Part shown: positions 9,710 to 18,771 of the stretch, in pieces
Numbering within the stretch: the stretch's first letter is position 1
Layout of the letters: each line of letters begins with the position of its first letter
Source: an uncultured bacterium
Lineage (GTDB): Bacteria > Chloroflexota > Dormibacteria > Aeolococcales > Aeolococcaceae
DNA length: 64,000 nucleotides
Direction of reading: 5' to 3'
Assembly (NCBI GenBank): GCA_963847225.1
Contig: CAWJYZ010000002.1
Location: 269,007 to 333,006 of the forward strand
The notes under the pieces: generated by a model
Told to the model about the DNA's origin: nothing
The model's database searches: none
Seen by the model: only the letters and a program-made list of their open reading frames with translations
Made by a program: the position numbers and the translations under genes

Positions 9710-12700
9710 ATGGACGAGACGCCCGTCGCCAGGATGCTGCCGCCGGCTCGGCCGCCGGACTGGATGGCACGACCGGCACTCGCACGCCAGCTGGAAAGCG
9801 TTCTGGCACGGCGGCTCACCACCGTGGTCGCAGAGGCCGGCTACGGCAAGTCGACACTGGCAGCCTCCTGGTGGGAAACCGGACCTTGCGCCTGGTACAC
9901 AGCCGACAGCTCCGATCGGGACGTGGCCACCCTGGCCCTGCGACTCGGCGAGAGCCTGCGCCTGCGTGTCCCCGAGCTTCCCCCCGAGCTCACCCATCCG
10001 GCCGAGGGCTCGTCGGGCTATGCGGAGGAGCAGTCGGCGTACGCCGACGTGCTCGGCTCCCGCCTTGCCCAGGTGCTGCACGCGCACCTTGGCGTGGACC
10101 TTCTTCTCGTCATCGATGACGTGGACGAGCTGGGGATCGCGACCTCCGCGGCCCGGCTGGTCGAGGCGGTCTGCCGCCACGCACCAGCCCGGCTGCATCT
10201 GGTCCTGATCGGACGGCGCGGGCCGCCATTTCCCGTCGAGCGCCTTCGCGGTCAGGGGCAGCTCCTGGAGATCGGCGGCGACCGGCTGGCCTTCAGCGCC
10301 GAGGAGGTGGAGCAGCTGGTCGGATCACGCCTCAGATCCGCGGCTCCCGGCGTCGCCCGGAGCATCTTCGAGCTGGCGGGAGGATGGCCGGCGGCCGTGG
10401 TGCTGGCGCTGGAGGCGCTGCGCGGCTCTCCCGAGGAGAGGTGGCCGTCGGTGCTCGCGGCGACGGGGGGGCGCGGCGCCCCCCTTTTCACCTATCTCGC
10501 CGAGGAGGTCTTCGCACGCCAGCCACCCGAAGTTCGCCAGCTGGTCGCCACGGCAGCCCTCTTCGATCAGTTCACTCCCGACCTCTTCACGGCGCTGGGG
10601 GTCGCCGACTCCCGCGGCGTGCTGGACCGCCTGGCGCGGGCCAGCCTGTTCATCGAGGCCCGCCAGGACGGATCGCTGGCGCTCCGCCCCCTGATCCGCG
10701 ACTACGCACTCGAGCACCTGCCCGTCGCATCAGGGGCGGCCCAGCGGCTGCGCGTGCGCGGAGCCGCGTGGCTCGCTGCCAACCGGCACGTCGCGGCCGC
10801 GCTGCGCCTTCTCGTCGCCGCCGGCGAGACCACACGCCTGGCGGAGATGATCGAGCGGGAGGGTCAGGGCTTGCTCGCCTCGGGGGAGGTCGGGGCTCTG
10901 ATGCAGGCCTGCCTCGCCCTTCCGGCCGGCGTCCGCACCGCGAGGGTGGACGCACTGGAGGGCGAGGCGCGGCAGATCCAGGGCGACTGGCCGGGTGCGC
11001 TCGCCTGCTTCGAGCGGGCCGCCACGGGGCTGCACCCATTGCCCGCTCACCTCGCCTGGCGCATCGGCCTCATTCACTACCTTCGCGGCCCTCTCGAGCA
11101 GGCGCTCCAGACCTTCCGGGAGGGGCTCGAAGACGCGACCGCGGATCCGGTGGAGATGTCCCTTCTCTCGGCGTGGACCGCCGCCACCCACTGGGGGCGC
11201 GGTGAGGTGGAGGAGTGTCGCCGCCTAGCCCGCCGCGCCCTCAGCCTGGCCACCACCCACGCCGACGCCCGGGCCCTCGCGGCCGCTCACACGGTCATGG
11301 CGATGCTGGCTGCTCTGGACGGTGACCGTCGCGGGAACGATGCCCATTACCTGCTCGCTCTGCGGGCCGCCGAGGAGGCCGGGGACGTCTTGCAGACGGT
11401 GCGCATCCGCACCAACCGAGGCTCGCACTTCATGGAGGAGGGGTCGTACAACGAGGCGCTCCAGGAGCTCGACGTGGCCATCCGTCTCGCCGAGACGACG
11501 TCCTTCGCCAGCTTCCTGGCGCTCAGCCTGTGCAACCGCGGAGAGACCAAGCTCCGCATGGGCAGCTTGGATGAGGCACTGAGCGACCTGGAATCGTCGC
11601 GCGACCGATTCCAGCAGATCGAGGCCGACATGATCGCCTACCCCCTGGCCCTGATCGGCGAGGTGTACAAGGAGCGCGGCAACCTGGCCCAGGCCCGCGC
11701 CGCCTACGAGGAGGCGGTCGCGGTCGCCGAGCGCTCCGGTGACCAGCAAGGTCTGGTGCCGGCGCTGGCCGGCCTCGCCACGGTGCTGGCGCGGCCGGAG
11801 CCGGACCGGGCCAGCGAGATGGCTCATCGCGCCGTGGCTATGGGCACGGGCATGGGCTATGTGGCGGCCCTGATCGCCGCCGGGTGGGTGGCAGCGGTCA
11901 CCGGAGACCGGGAGGAGGCACAGAGACGGGCCGCGGAGGCCACCGCCGTCGCCCGGGCGCGGCGCGATCGCGCCGGCCTCGCCGAGGCCCTGGCCCTGGA
12001 CGCGCTGACGGCGACGGAGCCACCCCGGCAGGCGGGGAAGCTGCGTGAGGCCTTGGCCATCTATCAGGAGACCGGCAACCAGCTCGGGGTAGCGAAGATG
12101 CAGCTGGTCTTGGCGCTCCTCGAGGGAGGGCCCGGCTCGGCAGCACGGCGTCTCGATGCCGAGCGCCGGCTGGATGATCTCGGAGAGCACGGCCACCGCG
12201 GCGGAGCTCCGGCCGGCGTCCTGGCGATGCTGGGAGGGCCGTCCACCAACGCGGTGCAGGTGAAGTCTCTGGGAGGCTTCGCTGTCCTCCGCGGGGGGGC
12301 GCAGGTGAAGCTCTCAGAGTGGCAGTCGAGACGCGCCCGCGAACTGCTCAAGCTGCTGATCGCACGGCGCGGACGTCCGGTCTCGCGTGGCTACCTGATG
12401 GAGACCCTGTGGCCTGACGAGGATGCCGACAAGGTGGGCAACCGTCTATCGGTGGCGCTCAGCACCGTGCGCAGCATCCTCGACCCGGAGCGGCGATCCG
12501 CGGTGGATCTCATGGTGGCCGACAGGGATTGGGTGGCCATCAACCTGGAGGCGGTCGACATCGACCTCGAGCGCTTCCACAGCTCCGCCGCCGCCGGCCT
12601 GCAGCAGTGGCGCGGCCCCAACGCCAACGACGCCGCGCCCCACCTGGAGGCCGCCGCCGCGACGTATTCAGGCGACTTCCTGGAGGAGAACCCCTACGAC

Positions 12701-13015
12701 GAATGGGCCGTCCCCGCACGCGAGGAGGCACGAGCTGCCTACGTCGCAGTCACCGGTGCTCTGGCCGAGCAGGCCGCCCGGCGTCATGACGTCGACGCGG
12801 CGGTGCGCTACCTGCTGCGCATCCTGGAGCTGGACCGTTACGACGAATCCGCCAACCTTCGCTTGGTGGCCACGCTTTCAAGCGCGGGCCGGCATGGCGA
12901 AGCGCATCGCCACTACCTCGCCTATCGCCGTGCCATGGATGAGCTGGGCGTGGAACCCTCCCCCTTCCCCGCGCCGACCGAGCGGCCCGCCGCCGGGGCG
13001 CCCGGGCAAGTCTGA
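9710..13015 (+). CDS. Large multidomain regulator: N-terminal STAND/AAA ATPase (P-loop AEAGYGKST), TPR region, C-terminal SARP module (OmpR-type winged helix plus BTAD)
   Basis: 1101 aa. The Walker A box is near residue 45. Long helical TPR-like repeats follow. The C-terminus carries LGGFAVLRGGAQVKL..RRARELLKLLIARRGRPVSRGYLMETLWPD (winged helix), then BTAD (YLLRILELDRYDESANLRLVATL...AHRHYLAYRR). Confidence 0.8.
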   Translation: MDETPVARMLPPARPPDWMARPALARQLESVLARRLTTVVAEAGYGKSTLAASWWETGPCAWYTADSSDRDVATLALRLGESLRLRVPELPPELTHPAEGSSGYAEEQSAYADVLGSRLAQVLHAHLGVDLLLVIDDVDELGIATSAARLVEAVCRHAPARLHLVLIGRRGPPFPVERLRGQGQLLEIGGDRLAFSAEEVEQLVGSRLRSAAPGVARSIFELAGGWPAAVVLALEALRGSPEERWPSVLAATGGRGAPLFTYLAEEVFARQPPEVRQLVATAALFDQFTPDLFTALGVADSRGVLDRLARASLFIEARQDGSLALRPLIRDYALEHLPVASGAAQRLRVRGAAWLAANRHVAAALRLLVAAGETTRLAEMIEREGQGLLASGEVGALMQACLALPAGVRTARVDALEGEARQIQGDWPGALACFERAATGLHPLPAHLAWRIGLIHYLRGPLEQALQTFREGLEDATADPVEMSLLSAWTAATHWGRGEVEECRRLARRALSLATTHADARALAAAHTVMAMLAALDGDRRGNDAHYLLALRAAEEAGDVLQTVRIRTNRGSHFMEEGSYNEALQELDVAIRLAETTSFASFLALSLCNRGETKLRMGSLDEALSDLESSRDRFQQIEADMIAYPLALIGEVYKERGNLAQARAAYEEAVAVAERSGDQQGLVPALAGLATVLARPEPDRASEMAHRAVAMGTGMGYVAALIAAGWVAAVTGDREEAQRRAAEATAVARARRDRAGLAEALALDALTATEPPRQAGKLREALAIYQETGNQLGVAKMQLVLALLEGGPGSAARRLDAERRLDDLGEHGHRGGAPAGVLAMLGGPSTNAVQVKSLGGFAVLRGGAQVKLSEWQSRRARELLKLLIARRGRPVSRGYLMETLWPDEDADKVGNRLSVALSTVRSILDPERRSAVDLMVADRDWVAINLEAVDIDLERFHSSAAAGLQQWRGPNANDAAPHLEAAAATYSGDFLEENPYDEWAVPAREEARAAYVAVTGALAEQAARRHDVDAAVRYLLRILELDRYDESANLRLVATLSSAGRHGEAHRHYLAYRRAMDELGVEPSPFPAPTERPAAGAPGQV

Positions 13016-13144
13016 GCGGCTGAGCGCGAGCACGACCGGAGAGCAGTCCGCTTCGAGCCGAGCGGGCTGGGATCGCTCCGAGGTGCGGCCGCCCTTAAGC
13101 GGACTTTAAGACAGCCCCAATCCCCCCTTCTAGGCTCGCGGCCC

Positions 13145-13351
13145 ATGGAAACGTTCATGGTCCGTGTCTGGCGACCCGTTGTCGAGGAGCGCTCCGAGGG
13201 GGTTCGGGGGCATGCGGTCCATCTCGGATCCGGACGGCAGATCACGTTTTCCGAGCCGCGCAGCCTGATTCGCTTTCTAGCCGAGGCCGGCGGTGCCGCT
13301 CATGCCGCGGCGCCGGATCCGGGCTCTCTGCCCACCACCCATGAGGAGTAA
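13145..13351 (+). CDS. Hypothetical small protein (68 aa)
   Basis: ORF only. It sits immediately downstream of the SARP-type regulator. Confidence 0.25.
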   Translation: METFMVRVWRPVVEERSEGVRGHAVHLGSGRQITFSEPRSLIRFLAEAGGAAHAAAPDPGSLPTTHEE

Positions 13352-13357
13352 CCAACC

Positions 13358-13837
13358 ATGAGAGCAGGCATATTTCTTCCACTGCTGGCCAGCCTCGCGG
13401 CCGGGTCGTTGGCGGTGGCCTGTGGGTCGTCGAGCATGGCCCTGACGCCGCCCCCGACCTCGGCTCAAAACACCGCCGCCACCCCGCCCCCGGCCACCTC
13501 GGCGCCGGCCGCGGCCACCTCCCTGGCGCCGGCCGGCGTCGACCTCTCGGGAAGCTGGTCCGGCCAGTACAGCGGCACTCCCTACTCCGGCACCTTTACC
13601 CTGACCTGGACGCAGACGGGCTCGTCCCTGAGCGGTGACATCAAGGTCTCAGATCCCGCCGCGAAAGATTACCAAATCACCGGGACGGTCACGGGCAGCT
13701 CCATCCAATTCGGCGCCGTCGGAGCGGTCAGCTACACGGGCACGGTCTCGGGTAGCTCGATGTCGGGTTCCTGGTCGATCCCGAATCCCAATGGCGGCAG
13801 CCTCGGCGGCGGCAGCTGGAGCGCCAGCAAGCAGTGA
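13358..13837 (+). CDS. Putative secreted lipoprotein, Gly/Ser/Thr-rich
   Basis: Signal peptide ending in the lipobox-like LAVAC|GSS. The mature part is a low-complexity S/G/T-rich beta-type sequence. Confidence 0.5.
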   Translation: MRAGIFLPLLASLAAGSLAVACGSSSMALTPPPTSAQNTAATPPPATSAPAAATSLAPAGVDLSGSWSGQYSGTPYSGTFTLTWTQTGSSLSGDIKVSDPAAKDYQITGTVTGSSIQFGAVGAVSYTGTVSGSSMSGSWSIPNPNGGSLGGGSWSASKQ

Positions 13838-13863
13838 CGGCAGCAGCGATGTGGAGGAAATCA

Positions 13864-14403
13864 ATGCGTAATTCGCTCACGAACCCGAGCTTCATGAACA
13901 ACCCACCGGTCAAGCTCAACGTCAACGCCAGGATCCTCGGCCTGGTCATCGCCATCCTGGCCGGCATCGGGCTGCTCCTGTCACTCTTCGCTGGCGGACT
14001 CTTGTCGATCATCAGTTTCGTCGGAGGCTTTGCTCCCATCTGGTTCCTCGGCGTCCTCGTTGCCATCGTCGCCGAGGCGGTGGCCGCCGTCGGCGGATTT
14101 CAGATGTACCGCCTCAACCCGGGGGGCAAGAGTTTGGTCATCAGCGGTCTCGCCCTTGGATTCGCCGGAGCCGTGCTGTCGCTCGTCGGCGAGATCATGG
14201 CCTACTCCGGTCTGCTCGGCTACGGCGCCAGCGGGGCGATCGTCGGCCTGGTCTTCGACGTGATCGTCTACGGGATCATCTACTACCTGGTGGTGATCAG
14301 CAGGTTTCCCAACCAGCCTCCTCTGGTCTCGACCGCGATGATGGGGCCACCTCCCTTCGGGCCCCCGCCGTCCTACGGCCCTCCCCCACCTCCAACGGCC
14401 TGA
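13864..14403 (+). CDS. Integral membrane protein with a Pro-rich C-terminal tail
   Basis: ATG at 13864 lies after a GGAGGA. It has four predicted transmembrane helices and the tail PPFGPPPSYGPPPPP. Confidence 0.5.
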   Translation: MRNSLTNPSFMNNPPVKLNVNARILGLVIAILAGIGLLLSLFAGGLLSIISFVGGFAPIWFLGVLVAIVAEAVAAVGGFQMYRLNPGGKSLVISGLALGFAGAVLSLVGEIMAYSGLLGYGASGAIVGLVFDVIVYGIIYYLVVISRFPNQPPLVSTAMMGPPPFGPPPSYGPPPPPTA

Positions 14404-14552
14404 CCACCCCAATCCGGGGCCACGGCTCGCTGCCGCGGGCCGCGGCCCCACCCGGCGTCAGTCGCAGGAGCGCGCCTCAGGCAAGCCCGCACCGGCCGGG
14501 CCACGCTGGCGACGCAGCCAGCCGCGACAGTCACCGGCGCCCGCCCGAGCGG

Positions 14553-15380
14553 TCACTGGACGTCGCGGCGGCGCAGCAGCAGCGCTCCGGCGGCCGCGAA
14601 GAGGACGAAGTACAGCGCCACCACCAGCAGCGCCTGGCCACCCGAGACCACGGCGGCGACACCGTCGGCGGTCGTTCCCGCGGGGGACGCCCCCAAGGCG
14701 GCCACCAGCGATCCGGCGTTGACACCGGGCAGGGCCTTTTCGATCGAGGCCATCACCGAGAGCAGGGGGGCGGTGGCCCGAATCAGGTTCTCCACCGCGA
14801 GCACCCAGACCAGCCCCAGACCGACGGAGAGCGCCGTGCCGCGGATGAGCGCCGCGAGGGTCACCCCGAAGAGACACCACATGGCGAGGATGAGCCAGCC
14901 GGCGACGACCGACCGGGCCAGGGCACCAGCCGATGGACCGGCGAGGCTCGCATGGGCTGACACGGCGATGAGCACGCTGGCCAGCCCGGAGCAGGCGAAG
15001 GCCACCAGCACGAGGCCGGCCAGAGCGGTGAACAGCGCCGCCACCTGGCCGAAGAAGACGGTGAGCCGGCCCGGCCCGTTGCTCAGCATGGTCTTCACCG
15101 TCCCCCAGCCGTACTCCGAGCCGAGGCTGAGAGCCCCGAGCACCACGATCAGCGAGCCACCCCACACCGCGTAGCCGATGAGGCCCTGGCCGGGCAGGTG
15201 GGAGGGAAGCAGGGCGACGAGCAGGCGCTGCGCCTCGACCGCGCTCTTGGCGGAGCGATAACCGAGGTAGGGGAAGAGATAGGTGAAGAGGAGCATGAGG
15301 AGCAGCCAGACGCCGAACACCACCCAGACGGCGGGCCGCTTGCGGAGCTTGAAAAGCTCAGCGCGGTAGCTATGCAGCAT
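14553..15380 (-). CDS. ABC-2 family transporter permease
   Basis: ATG at 15380 (MLHSYRAELFKLRKRPAVWVVFGVWLL). It has six hydrophobic segments. It overlaps the ATPase stop (ATGCTGCATAG). Confidence 0.75.
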   Translation of the reverse strand: MLHSYRAELFKLRKRPAVWVVFGVWLLLMLLFTYLFPYLGYRSAKSAVEAQRLLVALLPSHLPGQGLIGYAVWGGSLIVVLGALSLGSEYGWGTVKTMLSNGPGRLTVFFGQVAALFTALAGLVLVAFACSGLASVLIAVSAHASLAGPSAGALARSVVAGWLILAMWCLFGVTLAALIRGTALSVGLGLVWVLAVENLIRATAPLLSVMASIEKALPGVNAGSLVAALGASPAGTTADGVAAVVSGGQALLVVALYFVLFAAAGALLLRRRDVQ

Positions 15381-16335
15381 TGACACCCCTCCCCTCTCCC
15401 TCCTGGTCGGCGCTGAGGGACAGGAAAACATCCTCCAGGCTGCGCTCGTCGCGGCGCAGCTCGTGGAGATCGACCCCAGAGGCGATGAGGTGCCTGCTCA
15501 CCCGCGGCGCTTCCTCCGGTGCGGCATCGACGCGGAGCTCGCCGTGCGCGACGGTGACACGATCTCGGCCGAATAGGCCCACAAGGGACGTCTCGGCCTC
15601 GTGCACCGGGGTGGCGCGGATGAGCAGGCGGCAGGCCCCGCGGAGCTCCCCCACCGTGCCCTCCCGCACCAATCGGCCGCGGAAGATCACCCCGACCCGG
15701 TCGCAGATCTGCTCCACCTCGGTGAGCTGGTGACTGGAGAGGAGCACCGCCTTTCCGTCCGCCGCCAGGTCGCGCAGCAGGGTCCGCATCTCGGCGATGC
15801 CCATGGGATCCAGGCCGTTGGTGGGCTCATCGAGGAGCAGGAGATCGGGGTCCTTGAGGAGAGCGGCGGCCACCCCGAGGCGCTGCTTCATTCCCAGGGA
15901 GTAGGCGCTGAAGTGGTCGTCGCCGCGGCTCGTGAGGCCGACGATCGCCAAGACGTGGGCCACCCGCCGGCGGGGCACTCCGGCCTGGAGGGCGAGGAGG
16001 TCGAGGTTCTCGCGCCCGGAGAGGTAGGGGTAGAGGGCCGGGGTCTCCACCATGGCTCCGACCCGGGCCAGGCTTGCCGGGCTTCCCGGCGCGGCGCCGG
16101 CCACCTCCGCGGTCCCCGCGCTGGGCCGTACCAGGCCCACCAGCATGCGCAGGGTGGTGGTCTTGCCGGCGCCGTTGGGACCGAGGAATCCGTAGACCTC
16201 GGCGCGCCGCACCACCAGGTTGAGCCCGTCGACGGCCAGGACGGCGCCGTAGCGCTTGGTCAAGCCGCGGACCCGAACTGCCTCAGCTCCTCGGTCCCGC
16301 GCCATCTCGATCTGCATGGCCCGCATATTAGCCAT
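15370..16335 (-). CDS. ABC transporter ATP-binding protein
   Basis: ATG at 16335 (MANMRAMQIEMARD..). Walker A GPNGAGKTT, the ABC signature LSGGMKQRL-like motif and Walker B LLLLDEPT are present. The ORF-track N-terminal 128 aa is an upstream low-complexity extension. Confidence 0.85.
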   Translation of the reverse strand: MANMRAMQIEMARDRGAEAVRVRGLTKRYGAVLAVDGLNLVVRRAEVYGFLGPNGAGKTTTLRMLVGLVRPSAGTAEVAGAAPGSPASLARVGAMVETPALYPYLSGRENLDLLALQAGVPRRRVAHVLAIVGLTSRGDDHFSAYSLGMKQRLGVAAALLKDPDLLLLDEPTNGLDPMGIAEMRTLLRDLAADGKAVLLSSHQLTEVEQICDRVGVIFRGRLVREGTVGELRGACRLLIRATPVHEAETSLVGLFGRDRVTVAHGELRVDAAPEEAPRVSRHLIASGVDLHELRRDERSLEDVFLSLSADQEGEGRGVNAA

Positions 16336-16349
16336 CGAAGTCTTCGATG
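16333..16349. promoter_or_regulatory. Perfect 17-bp palindrome CATCGAAG-T-CTTCGATG, a putative MarR operator
   Basis: It lies in the divergent intergenic region between the ABC ATPase start and the MarR gene, and overlaps the ATPase start codon. Confidence 0.45.
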
Positions 16350-16392
16350 TCAAATTCTTAGATGATGACCTTGCTGTGCTACGCTTCAGGCG

Positions 16393-16950
16393 GTGATCCG
16401 ACGACCGGCGACGACCCCCATCGGGCTGCGCCTCAGCCGCACCGCCCGGGCCGTGGGCCGCGCCTTCGACGAGGCCCTGGGAGCGGTGGGCGGCTCCATG
16501 CCGGCCTGGCTCGTGCTCCTCAACCTCAAGATCCGTCCGCCGGCCACCCAGCGCGAGCTCGCCGAGGCGATCGGGGTCCGCGCGGCCACCCTCACCCACC
16601 ACCTCAACGCCATGGAGACCCAGGGGCTGGTGACGCGCCGCCGCGACCCCGCCAATCACCGGGTGCAGCTGGTGCAGCTCAGCGAGGCGGGCGAGGCAGC
16701 TTTCCTGCGCCTGGTCCAAGCCGCCACGGGGTTCGACCGGACGCTGCGCAGCGGCTTCAGCGACGAGGAGATCGAGAACCTCGGCGCCATGCTCGTCCGG
16801 CTCGCCGCCAACGTCGGTGACCTTGAGGACGGAAGACCGCCGTGGACCGCGCTGTCCGAGGATCTCTCCTCCCGGCGGGCACGTCCGGGCGCCGGGGCGC
16901 GTCGCGGGCCTTCAGGGCGCGCGCAGCCGGAGGACCTCAGCCCGGCCTGA
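16393..16950 (+). CDS. MarR-family transcriptional regulator
   Basis: Winged-helix region (QRELAEAIGVRAATLTHHLNAMETQGLVTRRRDPANHRVQLVQLSEAG). GTG start at 16393. Confidence 0.8.
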   Translation: MIRRPATTPIGLRLSRTARAVGRAFDEALGAVGGSMPAWLVLLNLKIRPPATQRELAEAIGVRAATLTHHLNAMETQGLVTRRRDPANHRVQLVQLSEAGEAAFLRLVQAATGFDRTLRSGFSDEEIENLGAMLVRLAANVGDLEDGRPPWTALSEDLSSRRARPGAGARRGPSGRAQPEDLSPA

Positions 16951-16993
16951 GCCCGGCGGCGGCAACGCCGACGACGCCGGCGTAGCCGGCGCC

Positions 16994-18304
16994 TCAGGCC
17001 TTGCGCAGGTCGACGATCCGCCGCGCCTTGCCCAGCGACCGCTCCACGAGGCCCGGCTCCACAACGTCGACGGAGGTCGTGAGCCCGATCGCATCCTTGA
17101 TCGACCGAGCCAGCAGCCCGGCCATCGCCTGGCGCTCCGCGGCCGACGCCGATCCCGGCCGGGCCTCCACCCGCACCGTCATCTCGTCGAGGTGGCGGGG
17201 CCGGCTCAGCACCAGCTCGAAGTGAGCCGCGAGGCCGGGGATGCGCAGGATCAGCTCCTCGACCTGGGTGGGGAAGAGGTTGACGCCGCGCAGGATGATC
17301 ATGTCGTCAGTCCGCCCGGTGATCCTGTCGATGCGGCGCATGGAGCGCGCCGTGCCGGGCAGGAGGCGGGTGAGGTCACGGGTCCGGTAACGGATCACCG
17401 GCATCGCCTCCTTGGTGAGGGAGGTGAGCACCAATTCACCCATCTCGCCCTCTGCGAGGGGCTGCTCGGTGACGGGGTCGATGATCTCAGGGTAGAAGTG
17501 GTCCTCCCAGACGTGCAGCCCGTCCTTGGTCTCGATGCACTCCTGAGCCACACCCGGCCCCATCACCTCGGAGAGACCATAGATGTCGACGGCGTGCATG
17601 GCGAGGCGGGCCTCGATCTCGCTGCGCATCTCCTCCGTCCAGGGCTCGGCGCCGAAGATGCCCACCTCCAGTGACGTGCCGCGCGCATGCACCCCCTGGC
17701 GCTCCATCTCATCGGCGATGGCCAGCATGTACGAAGGCGTCACCATGATGACCTGCGGCTGCAGATCCACGATGAGCCGCACCTGCCGCTCGGTCATCCC
17801 ACCGGACACGGGGATCACCGTGCAGCCCAGACGGGTGGCGCCGTCATGGGCCCCGAGCCCTCCGGTGAAAAGGCCGTACCCGTAGGCGACGTGCACGATA
17901 TCGCCCGGCCTGCCCCCGGCCGCGCGGATGGAACGGGCCATGACATCGGCCCACACATCCAGGTCCTGGCGCGTGTAGCCGACGATCGTCGGCGTCCCGG
18001 TGGTCCCGCTGCTGGCGTGGATGCGGGCCAGCCGTTGGCGGGGCACGGCGAGCAACCCGTAGGGGTAGTTGAGACGCAGGTCCTCCTTGGTGGTGAAGGG
18101 GAAACGGGAGATGTCATCGAGGCTGCGCAGCGTCTCCGGATGCACACCCGTCTCGTCGAAGCGGCGCCGGTAATGGGGCACGTTGGCGTAGACCCGCTCC
18201 AGGGTCTGACGGAGGCGACCGAGCTGCACAGCGCCGATCTCGTCGCGCGAGGCGAGCTCGATGGACTCGAGGTCCTGGCGGCGCGGCGTCCGGTCGGCGA
18301 TCAC
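16994..18304 (-). CDS. paaK: Phenylacetate-CoA ligase (PaaK-type adenylate-forming enzyme)
   Basis: 436 aa. PaaK motifs SSGTTGTPT, YGYGLFTGG and the full-length architecture are present. Confidence 0.85.
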   Translation of the reverse strand: MIADRTPRRQDLESIELASRDEIGAVQLGRLRQTLERVYANVPHYRRRFDETGVHPETLRSLDDISRFPFTTKEDLRLNYPYGLLAVPRQRLARIHASSGTTGTPTIVGYTRQDLDVWADVMARSIRAAGGRPGDIVHVAYGYGLFTGGLGAHDGATRLGCTVIPVSGGMTERQVRLIVDLQPQVIMVTPSYMLAIADEMERQGVHARGTSLEVGIFGAEPWTEEMRSEIEARLAMHAVDIYGLSEVMGPGVAQECIETKDGLHVWEDHFYPEIIDPVTEQPLAEGEMGELVLTSLTKEAMPVIRYRTRDLTRLLPGTARSMRRIDRITGRTDDMIILRGVNLFPTQVEELILRIPGLAAHFELVLSRPRHLDEMTVRVEARPGSASAAERQAMAGLLARSIKDAIGLTTSVDVVEPGLVERSLGKARRIVDLRKA

Positions 18305-18756
18305 GGTGTGGGCGCCCTCGCCTCGCCCGGATCGGAGCCGGCGGACGGCGGACGCTGCCGGCTGTGGCCTCGGAACTCGGCGACGACCCGGCCCCCTGGA
18401 CCCCGGACGGTGACGTCGTAGATCCCGCTGCGACCGAAGCGCACCCGCTCCTCGGCCACGGCCTCCAGCTCCTCGCCTTCGCGGGCGACGCTGACGAAGA
18501 CGATCTCCGCGCTCCCCGCGATCGTGCGCCCGTGGGTGTTGCAGGCGAGCGCGAAGGCCGTATCGGCGAGCAGGAAGATGTAGCCGCCGTGGGCGATGCC
18601 GTGGCCGTTCACCATCGCGGCCATCACCACCATGCGCGCGGTCGCCCGTCCGGGGGCGATGCCGCCGGCGGAGATGCCGAGGGCCTGCGCGGCGCGGTCG
18701 TCCGCGTGCATCGCCTCGGCGCTCCAGGGGCTCGGCTCGGCCATCGGCACGGACAT
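18301..18756 (-). CDS. paaI: Hotdog-fold thioesterase (PaaI/PaaD-like)
   Basis: 151 aa with the NGHGIAHGGYIFLLADTAFALA motif. ATGA overlap with paaK. Confidence 0.75.
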   Translation of the reverse strand: MSVPMAEPSPWSAEAMHADDRAAQALGISAGGIAPGRATARMVVMAAMVNGHGIAHGGYIFLLADTAFALACNTHGRTIAGSAEIVFVSVAREGEELEAVAEERVRFGRSGIYDVTVRGPGGRVVAEFRGHSRQRPPSAGSDPGEARAPTP

Positions 18757-18771
18757 CCTCGCTGCGGCCGA

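Noticed and set aside
11225-12196. 323-aa minus-strand ORF
   Set aside because: It lies inside the STAND-TPR-SARP gene on the opposite strand.
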